A DNA stretch of 64,000 nt from Chiloscyllium plagiosum (lineage: Eukaryota). Shown in pieces: positions 23,133-34,462 of this stretch. The position numbers were made by a program, and so were the translations under genes. Each line of letters starts with the position of its first letter. Position 1 is the stretch's first letter. The notes under the pieces were generated by a model. That model did not search any database. It saw only the letters and a list, made by a program, of their open reading frames with translations, and was not told where the DNA came from. The stretch lies in the NCBI RefSeq assembly GCF_004010195.1, contig NC_057755.1:4053462-4117461 (forward strand). The letters run 5' to 3'.

Positions 23133-25690
23133 TTATTTCTTTGTTACGCAATTAATTCCTCTAACCAGGTATTTTACTGCATTACTGATCTTCTCTCTGA
23201 ACCGAGACAATGTTGCTGCAAAAATAAATGTGTTTGTGCAACAACTTAGGTTCTGCAGCATGAAACCAAATACTCGGAAGTGATACAGAAAACCCGACTG
23301 ATTCTCAGGATTGATTTCTTGAATGACATAGTATAAGAAACTTAGAACATTGATTAACCACAGGAGGATGAAGCACCCTGAAATGCTGAAGAGCAAAATA
23401 ACAGATTTCCTTCTGCTCTCCATCTCTGGGTCTCTGTGATTCTCTCCTTTGCTCTCACCCTTCAGCCTCTTTCGGACTTGACTGGTCACTAAAATGTGTC
23501 TAACTATAAGAGCATTGAGTAACAGAATCAAAACGAATGGCATTAAAGGAGTCAAAACGGTATCAAGCCAATCCAATACCACCCACCAAGTCTGAGTAAA
23601 GTAGCTTGACTTTGTTCTACAGTAGAATGGAACATTGTTGATTATTGTCCGAGGCTCATATTGAAAATAGAAGGGAATGTTTTTCAAACAGAACAGGGTG
23701 CAGGTTGTTGCTAGAACCGTCAATATTTTGTTCTCAGCTTCTGACAACACATGGTCACAAATCGGTCAAAGGAGAAAGTGACTGTGAACCAAACAGAACA
23801 GTCCCTGGCTGTACGTATCAGGGAGAAAGTGAGGTCTGCAGATGTTGGAGATCAAAGTTGAAACTTTATTGCTGGAACAGCACAGCAGGTCAGGCCGCAT
23901 CCAGGGAACGGCCTGTGCCCGAAACGTCGAATCTCCTGTTCCCTGGATGCTGCCTGACCTGCTGTGCTGTTCCAGCAATAAAGTTTCAACTGTACGTATC
24001 AGGGCCCCAGTAACACTGCACACAGATGTGATGTCCAGAAAACACTGCGAGTAATAATAAGTGCGAAATCTCCACAGTATAACACCAGTGATAATGAGCA
24101 TCAGATCAGCAGCAGCCATAACCACCAGGTAGCGAGTAGTGCAAGGGGAAACACCGCATTTTCCCTGAGAAAGGATAACGATCTACAGCAAATTAACTGT
24201 GAGAGACAAAAGGGAAAATATGAGGTGAATTACTGATCAGAGATTCTCTCCACCTATTCCAGAGAATAGCAATAAGATTTTACAATCAAAACGTGACACA
24301 CTGTGTGACTGGAAGTGGCCAGAGTTGAGTATGTTTGAATTTCAAGACAGTCACCAACACCCCAGATTGTCCTCCAGCCCAGTCAGTCAGGAGATTATCG
24401 ATTTTGGACAGAGACTGAGCTCATGGCTCTACTAGGAGAACAGAAGGAAGTCTACGATTTTGCTTGGTTGCAAGGTAACTATTTAAATGAGTGCAATAGA
24501 TTCCACAGTTCTCAGTTCCAACTCTGATAGTTACAAACCCCATTAGAAACCTCACCCCAACTCAGTCACAGGACTGGTGATTGGACTGTCGATAAACCAA
24601 ACCCTCCCTTTCTCCTTGGATCAGGTCTTCCCTGTTCCAAGCGTTGCACCAAATCCTGATCTAAGCCACAACAGGACCAGGAAAGCGGTCATCAGAGCCT
24701 ACACAATATCTCGAACCACATGGCTCCATATATATGACGCAAGTTCAACTCCCTTAGTGATAATGTGTAAGTGTTAGTACTGTTCTGATATTTCCACTGT
24801 ACATCTATACATCTGTACATGACAAACATCTTGAAGTGCAGGGATCAGGAGAGCAATCTGTCAAGATTTGTATCCACTGACCAGAGATGGTAAGGAGGAG
24901 AGAATTTCAGGAGGGATGATAGTTAGACGAAACTTTACAAAAAAACAGGGCGCATATCCCTCAGTTCATTTGATTTACCAAAAAGTACCATCGCAGATTT
25001 AAAATTCAAATCTGATCCAGCATCCACTGCCATTTGTGAAAATTATTTCCAATACGTTACCACCCTTTGTGTGTCAAAATGCTTCCCAAGCTGGAACACT
25101 CTGACCCGAATTCTCAGGCGATGCTCCCTCACTCTTGAATCCCCAATCAATGAAAATAATTTATGTTTTCCAGATTTATTGTTAACATTTGTAGAACTTG
25201 GCACAGACCCCTCCTTGACCTTCTCAATTCCAGAGAAAACAGGCTTAATTTGCGTAACAAAGCAAAAACTGTTGGGGAAACTGAGTTCTGTTGGAATCTG
25301 TGGGAGAGAAAACAAAAGTTCTGAGTCTAGTAGCCCTTCTTCAGAACCAACTTGCGTGATCTCTCCTCATACCCTCACAACATATGAAACCGGAAGAGAT
25401 GATGGAACACTGAGATCAAAGAATGCTGCAGCAGCAGTGACGTTGAGAGACTCTGTCAGTGGAGAATTGTACCGAGAATGTTGCTCAGTGAATTGCTGTC
25501 ACTGTTCCCGTGTGTGGATGAGGCTAACCAGTCAGTGAGCTGGAGACATTATTCTTCAAAAGATAAAATCAGAGAGCAGATCAGCAACAGATTAAAGCAA
25601 ACTCAATTGTCATGAAGCCATACCAGGGATGCCAATAAAAGCAAGGATGGTGTAGAATACTCTTTCCACTTGTTGAACTGGTCGATGCAT
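23133..25690 (-). pseudogene. GPR139/GPR142-like class A GPCR pseudogene, copy 2 (two exons)
   Basis: Exon 1 25690-25624 (MHRPVQQVERVFYTILAFIGIP, GT donor). Exon 2 24196-23133 after a pyrimidine tract and CAG (VNLL*IVILSQGKCGVSPCTTRYLVVMAAADL..DCSVWFTVTFSFDRF..PEMESRRKS..SCCTNTFIF). Lesions: TAG 24183-24185, 181-bp insertion plus TSD, frameshifting deletion near 23720. Confidence 0.92.
23824..23989. mobile_element. PLE-derived fold-back mini-element inserted in GPCR exon
   Basis: 15-bp TSD CTGTACGTATCAGGG at 23809-23823 and 23990-24004; ~52-bp near-perfect inverted repeat; half hammerhead (gcccGAAACgtc). Confidence 0.88.
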
Positions 25691-25778
25691 TTCCCCGTGT
25701 GAAGTGATGTGTCCCTTCCGGCAGCTGACAAGCTTCTTGTTTGAAACTCTGAGCTGATGAATTCCCAGAGACGCTGCC

Positions 25779-25783
25779 TTATA
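25779..25783 (-). promoter_or_regulatory. Candidate TATA box of GPCR copy 2
   Basis: TATAA about 90 bp upstream of the exon 1 ATG; positional evidence only. Confidence 0.35.
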
Positions 25784-26759
25784 CTGTGCAGAAGATCCTT
25801 GGGGAGTGCAATGTTACAGCATTACTCGGCTTTGCTGCTGTCTTTCAAATTTCTATCAATGAACAAACTAATTACAATAACAAGTTTAATCCTAAATATG
25901 GAGGAATGTTGCTGCTCAGTACATCATAAAGAAATAACAAAAACAGAATCTGGAATCTGCCAGCAATAACACTGTCCACTCAAACACCATGGGCCCCATC
26001 CCGAGATTACAGAATATTTCGTTTAATATTGCATCGGGATAATTTATTCCAGTGTGAAAATATGTCTCAGAGCTGTGATTCTGCCATCTCGGGTAGGAGC
26101 TGTCCTCTTTAAACAAGAACATTTCACTCCCTGATTGATATGTGAATCCTCTCACACACTGAATGCGTGTATTGCTGCTGAAGTCAGCATTTATTCCCCA
26201 TTCCCTATTTCCCAGGATCCGTAGTCACATGAAGGACCAAGTGAGGAGAACACACTGTCTTTCCTGAGGGAAGAAGTCTCAGAGAATAAGATGAGCTTCC
26301 AACAATGAAGACAATACTGACCTTTTGTATTGTCACTGTCCATCCAGAAACATCACTGACTACAGACTTAATTTCACTCCCCATTCAGAGATCTCGCCTA
26401 ACGCCCTTCCTTTTGTCACTCTCCATTCAAATACATCGCTGACTCACCCTCAATGTCTGTCCAGGCAGATTCATCTCTCAACTCAAACTTACTGTTTCTG
26501 TCCAATCAGATGCATCGCTTACCTCACACGAGCACAACAGCTACTGTGGTTAATAAGGAAGGCAAGTGGCATTCTGACAGTGATTATGAAAGGAACTTGG
26601 AAAGTGTTGTCACAAGTGTAGAACACATTAGTGATCCCTGAGCTCAAGTGTTCAGGACAGGTTTGGACCACTCACTTGAGGGGGATATAATTACATTCGA
26701 GGCAGTTCAGAAGAGGTTCTCGAGGAAATTCCATGGATGAAATTGTCTAATTCCTCCTT

Positions 26760-26948
26760 AAGTGTGGTGCAGGAAAAGTACAGCAGGTCAGGAGCGGGAG
26801 AGTCAAACTTTAGGGCATTAGCCCTTCATCAGGAATGAGGCTTGTGGGTCGAGGATTCTGCTGCTCCTCAAATGCTGCCTGACCTGCTTGCTTTTCCAGC
26901 ACCACACTCACGACTCAATCTTCAGCATCTGCAGTCCTCACTTTCTCC
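26760..26948. mobile_element. PLE-derived fold-back mini-element
   Basis: agtgtggtgcaggaaaagtacagcaggtcagg / cctgacctgcttgcttttccagcaccacact; cccttcatcag core. Confidence 0.78.
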
Positions 26949-27189
26949 TAATTCCTCTTGAAAACAAGTCTGACAACTCTGCTCAGAATGATCTGAATGA
27001 ACGTGCCCAAATGTCACACAATACCAAAACAATAAAATCGCTGTGAACACAAGCCAATACCAAAATAAACAGTCCCTTCATCATGAGGAAATGTGTTCCA
27101 ATACCCTTTAGAATTATAGACATACTATCTCTAATCCAGCTTGGATCCTTAAATTTGCAATAGTTCCTGAATCTCTTGCTGATTTACCC

Positions 27190-27385
27190 AGTCTGTCTGT
27201 CCGTCTCTCTCTCTCTTTCTTTCTCTCTTTCTCCTTCTCTTTCTCTCTCTCTGTCTCTGAGTTCTGTGTGGTTGCTGTCTCTCTCTCTCTCTCTCCTTCC
27301 CTCTCTCGCTCCCCCTCTCTCCCTTCCTCTATCTCACCAACCCCCTTCTCTCTCTCTCTATCTCTCTCTCTCGCTCCCTCTCCAT
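27190..27385. repeat. (CT)n-rich low-complexity tract
   Basis: Direct inspection. Confidence 0.9.
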
Positions 27386-27837
27386 GTCTGCATGGTCAGC
27401 TGGTCTCTGCCTCTTGCTGTACTGGTCTCCTCTGGAGGCCTCCAGAAGATTCAAGGAATCCGTCTGCAGGAGACCCATGTTGTACTTTGTCGGATGATTT
27501 TCTGGAACTTTCCAAACTGCTGGGCAATCAGGAGAATTGGTCAATAGTTTCAATCATTGCCAATCATTTGGATGGCTTGCTACTGTTTGTTTCTTTGTGC
27601 AGCAGGACACGGTGCCTTTCTGTCTGGGTCCTCCTTTGTTCAGTGGGTAAGTTGTTGGGGGTGTGTCTGAGCAGGATAACTGTTACCTTTCACATTGTGC
27701 TAGTGTCATTATCACCTGGCTGCTGTGTTCACACTGTGACTGGTGTGTGGGTTTTGTGACTGGAGAATTTTTCTTGTCCAACATACCCAGCATTCCTTGC
27801 TGTTTGGCTAAGGTGGCCATCCATCTGTGTTAAACAG

Positions 27838-27995
27838 TAAGGAGAAAATGAGGAGTGCTAATGCTGGATATCAGAGTCAAAACGTATGGTGCTGGAAAAG
27901 TCCATCCAGTCAGTCAGCATCGAGGAGCAGGAGAATCGACGTTCCGAGCAGAAGCACTTCATCATTCCTGATGCTGCATTTCCAGCACCATACGA
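27838..27995. mobile_element. PLE-derived fold-back mini-element
   Basis: cgtatggtgctggaaa / tttccagcaccatacg inverted arms; family sequence gcatcgaggagcaggagaatcgacgtt. Confidence 0.75.
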
Positions 27996-28899
27996 AAACT
28001 GTCAGGAGGCTGATACATTCCCCACCACCTCCACGCACCCCAAACCGCTCCACGAAGATTTATACAGGCAGAGGTTTATGCAAATGAATTGCAAATCTGA
28101 TTGTAAAAGGGAGTCATGCCTGTTGCCAGAGTTGGTATGAAAACCATTTTGCACATTCGTCAAATCGATCAGGTTACGTCTGTTTGGTGATATCATCGAA
28201 ATGAATCATAGAATTCAGTGTGGAAGCAGGCAATTCGGCCCATCGAGTCCACATTGACCCTCTGAAAACAATTCCATTTGGAAACATCTCCTAACTCTAT
28301 CCTCGTAAATCTGGAAGTAGTGCTAACCACGCAGCCACTGGTCCACCCTGAATTGCTTCTACAAAACACATCCCTTACAGATTTTCCAAACAGGATCATG
28401 GTGCATAGACAACATTCAACGATCGGAACAAAAAAACGTGAACAAGACCTGATGGCTCAAAATCCTGGAATTCCCTCCCTCAGGGCATTGTGGGTCTACC
28501 TCTAGCACATGGCCAGCAGCAGCTCAAGGAGGCAGCTCATCCTCACTTTCTCAATAGCATCAAGGGACGGCTAATAAACACTGGCCCAGCCAGTGACGCT
28601 CATATCCTGCAAATGAATAGGAAAAAAGTGATTACTCTAGGAGTAACACCTATCTTATAACCCCTGTGTGTGTGTCCAGGCCTTATTCATGTGATCGTAC
28701 CCAGCTGTTGGAGTATCTCCGGTCTCCAGCCTGCAACCATGACCACTGGTGTCCCAAATTAGGTAAGTCAAGGGTATTGACCGGTAACACTGCTGACCCA
28801 TATGCTAAGGATAGATCATGAAGGAATTTCCTCCTGTGGTAAACCAAGATATATCAAGGAGAGCGCCGTTAGGACCACAGCTTGGTGTGGGAGGAGCCA

Positions 28900-30560
28900 A
28901 ATTCATGAATGACAGGCAATGGGTATGTGATGGTGTGGCCTGTTGTTCACTTTTACTTCAGGCTGGTCCCTGTCAATGTCCCCTGTCTTTCCACAGCATA
29001 TGGGAGGGTGTCATGGGAACCCATCCACATAACCTTTTTTTATATAATTCTAATATTTGCGACTTCAAATGTACTCATCCTAATTCTGTCCGTCGGGATA
29101 ATTGGAATCCCTGGCACCAAGCCCAGTGCCTCACTGACAGTATCCTTGCAGCTGTCATTAACCCAAACCCTGGTGAGCTGCTGTAAGTGACAGTGAAAGC
29201 AGGTCATGTGGTTTTCTCCTGGAACAAATGGTCACGCTGTTTGTTACTAATCCAGGATGAGCCTTTCCATTGGCCAGGTTGCCTGAGATACCCCCCCCCC
29301 CACCCCACCTCAGCTGTTCTATCATCTCTTTACCATGTTTAATGTTCATGGTATGGTTTTCCTGCTCACTGCCAAACCTGATTGGATCCTGGATGATCTG
29401 GTTAATTTTCTTGGAGTGACCTCCAGAATAGTCACTAAGTGATGGTCAGCCTGAATCTCCATTTGCTTTCCCATGGTCTTCTCTTGATTGTCTCTGTTCA
29501 GTCCATCTTGGGCTCAGTTACTTGTTGGGTCAGGATCCTGAGTATATTCTCCAAATTCGCCAAGTCAAGGATACTGACCAGTGACACTCCTGCCCCATTT
29601 GCTGTGGATAGATCATTAAGGAGTTCTCTTCTCTTTCGTATTAACCGCTGGTCTGAGTTTTTCTTCATATTTCCCTGTCCCTCATTCCACTAACCCTTGA
29701 TTCAAGTGGAAATGTGCTCACATTAATGGGGAAGGACCTCACTCCGGTAACTGTATCCCTGATGTTGTGTTTATAATTGTTATTAATATGTGGTGAATGG
29801 TATTGAGCATCTGGAGATGTTCTTATTGGAAGTTCTCATCCAAATCAATATCTGGGTATGAGGGGAAATGAAAGAGAGTTCCATTTCTGGTGCTGCCTAC
29901 CAGCTGGATGGCTGTCAATGGGTGTTCTGTGTTTCATGTGACCATCAGCTGGTTGACGCTGGTTAACCACAGGCTTCATGGGATCTGGTTTGGGATGTGG
30001 GTCAGGGATGAGGGATAAAGGTGCAGTTACCTGTGAGAAAGGCAGCGGGGGTCCCCATCTGTGGGCGGGAATGGATGTGTCTGACTGGAGCCTCTGGAGA
30101 GGTAAGACCCCATAGACCCACATTATCCCATTCTGGGCAGAGACCTGGTTCCCTAGAGATTGTATTTGGTCCTGGACATTCATAGGAGGGACTGATGTAC
30201 AGTGCTCAGTGTTGAAGGCAGACAGGACCTGTGCAGATGCTTGGAGCTCCCTACACTCACCTTCCAGCTTGTCACTGTATACTAAGGCTGCTTCCCTGTC
30301 CCCAGTGGCCCTCCTCACTGGGATGGGCTCTTTCCAATTGGAACAGGAGCTGTCCCGTGTGTGGGAGGTTTTCCTGCAACGTTCTGTCCTGTTCCTTCTG
30401 TAAGAGCTCTCGCTCTGTCACAGTCTGTAGTTTTCCATGGAGTGACCGGATCTAAGCTGCCTTCTCCCGATCTTGGTCTTCCAGGCTATAGACAACAGCA
30501 GCGGAGTACGATGTTCTTCAGGAAGAATTGCTAAACAGACCTGAATTGGAATTTGAAGAT
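28900..30560 (-). mobile_element. Decayed gag-like region of an unassigned LTR retroelement
   Basis: Coiled-coil reading (IRSLHGKLQTVTERELLQKEQD; LEGECRELQASAQVL..QIQSLGNQVSAQNG) then Pro-rich PMKPVV..TP; no pol motif, LTR or PBS confirmed. Confidence 0.4.
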
Positions 30561-30939
30561 ACTGTAGGAGTTTTGAAGTGATTGTGTATAGCATTTACAG
30601 TCCCCAGCAGAAGGCGGTCACACAGTGACTGTGTGTGTGTGTGTGTTTGTGTGATATTCACAGAGTCTCACAGCAGGATATTGCTGTTTTTGTGCGCAGT
30701 AACTCACACTGTCCTGGGTGGAAACATCTTGAATTCAATTTGTGTCAAACAGCTTCTCCTAGCATTGACAGATAAATTATTGCTGAGAAAGCAGAACAGC
30801 CTGGAAAGTCCCCTGACATGTTGCTAGGAATGAAGTGCATTTGTTTCATCATCTTGCATTCAATTCTAACACACACTTCTGTTCTGTTAAAAATAAAGAC
30901 TTCATTTGTATAATAATCTTGTGTGAAATTGTGAATTGA

Positions 30940-33035
30940 GTCATTGAGTTATAGAGATGTACAGCACGGAACCAGACCGTTCAGTCCGTGAAGGACGTGA
31001 TGACCAGATATCCCAACTCATTATCGTTCCCTTTGTCAGCATTTGGCCCATATCCCTCTCAACCCTTCCTATTTATATACCCAGCCAGATACCTTTAAAA
31101 TGCTGTAATTGTACCAGCCTCCACCACTTCCTTTGGCAGATCATCCATACGCACACCACCCTCTGCATGAAAAATTGCCCTTTAGGCCTCTTTTATATCT
31201 TACCCTTATCACCCTAAAATTAAGCCCTCTAGTTATGGACTCCCCAACCCAGGTAAAAGACCTTGTCTGTTTACCCAATCCATAGCCTTCATGACTTAAT
31301 AAAACTCTATAAGGTCACCCCTCCACCTCCAACGCTCCAGGGAAAACAGCCCCAGACTATACAGCCTCTCCCGATGGCACAAATCCTCCAACTCTGGCAA
31401 CGTCTTTGTAATTATTTTTCTGTACCTTTTCATGTTTCACAACATCCTTCCGTCGAGGAAGGAGACCAGAATTGCACGCAATATTCCTAAAATGGCCGAA
31501 CCAATATCCTGTACAGCCGCAACTTGACCTGTCAACGCCAATACTCAGTACTCTGACCAATAGAGGAAAGTATACCAAACACTTTCTTCAATACCCTATC
31601 TACATACGACTTACTTTCAGGGACTATGAACCTGCACTCCAAGGTGTCTTTATTCAGCAACACTCCCTAGGACCCTACCATTAAGTGTATAAGTCCTGCT
31701 AAGATTTGCTTTTCCAAAATGAAACATCTCACATTTATCTGAATTAAACTCCATCTGCCAATTCTCAGCCCATCGGCCCATCTGATCAAGATCCTGTTGT
31801 AATCTCAGGTAACACTCTTTGCTGTCCACTACACCTCCAATTTCGGTGTCATCTGCTAACGTACAAAGTATACCTCTTATACTCACTCCCAAATCATTTA
31901 TATAAATAATGAAAGGTAGTGTACCCAGCACTGATCGTTGTGGCACACCACTGGACACAGGCCTCCAGTCTGAAAACCTTCAACTCTCCACCACCACCCT
32001 CTGTCTTCGACATTCTGAACTAGTCCTGTATCCAAATGGATACGTGTCCCTGTATTGCATGAGATCTAACCTTGCTGAAGAATCTCTCATGAGGAACCTT
32101 GTCAAACACCTTACTGAATTCCATATAGATCACATCCACCTCTCCGTCCTCATCAATCCTCTTTGTTACTTCTTCAAAAAGCTCAATCAAATGTATGAGA
32201 CATGCACAAAGCCATGTTGACTATACATAATCAGTCTTTGCCTTCCCAAATATATGTGCATCCTGTCCCTCAGGATTCCCTCCAACTAATCACCCATCAC
32301 TGATGTAATGCTCACCGGTCTATAGGTCCCTCGTTTGTCCTTACCACCTGTCTTAAATATTAGCATCACATTAGCCAACATCCAATCTCCCGGCACCTCA
32401 CCTGTGACTATAGATGATGCAAATATCTCAGCAAGGGGCCCAGCAATCATTTTCCTAGCTTCCCACAGAGTTTGAGGGTATACTTTACCAGGTCTTGGAG
32501 ATTTGTCCACTTTTTTCATTTCAATACATCCAGCATCTCGCTCTCTGTAATATGACATTTAAAAAAAACATCTATTTCCCTACAGTCTTCCATGTCCTTT
32601 TCCACAGTAAATACAGATGCAAAATACTCATTCAGTGTCTCTGCCATCTCCTGCGGTTCCACACAAAGGCTGCCTTGCTGATCTTTGAGTGGCCCTATTC
32701 TCTCCCTCGTTACCCCTTTGCCCTTAATATATTTGTAAAGACTCTTTGGATTCTCCTTAAATATAGTTCCCAAAGCAATCTCATTTCCCCTTTTTGCCCT
32801 TCCGATTTCCCTCCTAAGTATACTCATACTGCCTTTATACTCGACTGAGGATTCTCTCGATCTCTCCTGTCTATATCTGCCATATGCTTCCTTCTTTTTC
32901 TTAACCAAAATCTCAATTTTCTTTCATCATTAGTATTCCCTTCATTTACCACCGATTCCTTTCCTTTCCGATATCCTAACAGGGATATACTGTCCCTGGA
33001 CTCTCGTTATGTCATGTTTGAAGGCTTCCCCTTCT
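30940..33035 (-). mobile_element. CR1 LINE ORF2 (RT) and 3' end
   Basis: SGVPQRSVLG..LADDT..W.MEFN..KC; KSP.P..VYP..; YRPVSITS. Confidence 0.9.
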
Positions 33036-33589
33036 TTCAACGTTGATAGTGTGCTCAAGTGTACATTGCGTCCATCATTATCATTTCTGTATATCTCAAG
33101 ATCATTCAGCTTGCTGACTTTATCTGTGTGTCTTCGTGTGTCGTAATATTGTATTCATTTGTGGAATAACTTGTTCATTTGTTGATTTTTAGAACAAATC
33201 TGCACCAACTTCTGCAAAGACCTTGTACAAAAGTCTTGTGTGAATTTGTGTTGTAACCTTGTACTGTGGCTTCTCTGCGTTTGAAACTGCAGTTTTGTGT
33301 CTGTATGCATTCCAAGTCTGGTTCCAGTGGGGGTGGGGGAAGAATAGGGTCAGACTGGGACAGCACTGGGCTATACCAATGACCTGCAGCTTTTTCCCTC
33401 TCTAATCCCATAAAGAACATTTCACTGCTCTCACAGTCTCTGTCAATATGAACAAGGTCCAGGAGACAGTATTCTTAATGAGATGTTCTCTCAACCTGTC
33501 CATTGATGCCCCAGTCCACGTACACTTATGCACTCCTGATCCTGCAAACCCCTTTGTGACTTGGATGTCATTATCGGAGAGTTGGTTAG

Positions 33590-34462
33590 TACGTTTGCAA
33601 ATTTCACCAAAATTGGATCTGTGCTGGACGGCGAATAAGGTTTCATCAGAGTAGTACAAAAGATTATGATCATATGGGCCAATGGGCTGAGGACTGACAG
33701 ATGGAGTTTAGTTCAGATAGACGTGAGGTGTTCCGTTTATGTCAGGTAAATCAGAGTAGAACTTTTACATTTAATGGTAAGGTCCTGGGGAATGATGGCA
33801 AACAAAGTGATCCTGGTTCACCGCTCCATGAAAATGGAGTCACAGGTAGACAGGACAGTGAAGAAGGCATTTGGCATGCTTGCCTTTATTGATCATTGCA
33901 TTGAGTATAAGAGTTGAATGTCACGTTACAGCTGTACAGGACATTGGTTAGGCCACTTTTGGAATGTAACATCAAAATCTGATCTCCCTTCTACAGGAAA
34001 GGTATATGATGAAATTTAAGATTTCAGAAAAGATTTATTCGCATGTTGCCAGGTCTGGAGGGTTTGAGCTATAGGGAAAGGCTGAACCGGTTGGAGGCGC
34101 TTATCTCTGAAGTACTGGAGGCTGAGGGGGAGTCTTAGAGAGATTAATAGAAACATGAGGGGCATGGATAGGGTGAAGGTAGGGGCGTCCAAAACTAACG
34201 GGTACAGTTTTAAGGTGAGAGGGGAAAGATTTAAAAGGGAACTGAGGGGCAACGTTTTCATCCAGAGAGTGGTGCATGTATTGGACAAGGTGCCAGAGGA
34301 AGTGTGGAAGGCGGGTACATTACACCATATAAAAGGCATCTGAATGGGTATCCGACGAGGACGGTTTTAGAGGGATATTGGCCAAATTCTGGTGAATAGG
34401 ATTAGATTAATTTGGACCAAAGGGTCTATTTCTGTGCCGCATATCTCTATGGTCCTGTGACT
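33590..34462 (+). mobile_element. CR1 LINE 3' part
   Basis: MEFSSD.., MRGMDRV..FKVRGERF..NVFIQRVV. Confidence 0.85.

Noticed and set aside
23133..23750. 205-aa ORF as a functional GPCR gene
   Set aside because: Only TM4-TM7; its N-terminus comes from a shifted frame after a deletion
23809..24004. Mini-element acting as a newly gained intron (GTACAG donor in one TSD copy, pyrimidine tract plus CAG at the other; in-frame loss of 2 codons)
   Set aside because: Donor is weak, and the gene has an independent TAG (24183-24185) and a frameshift (~23720), so splicing would not rescue it
27176..27759. Leu/Ser-rich membrane-like ORFs (also 35536-35933 and 37353-37701)
   Set aside because: Translations of (CT)n low-complexity tracts
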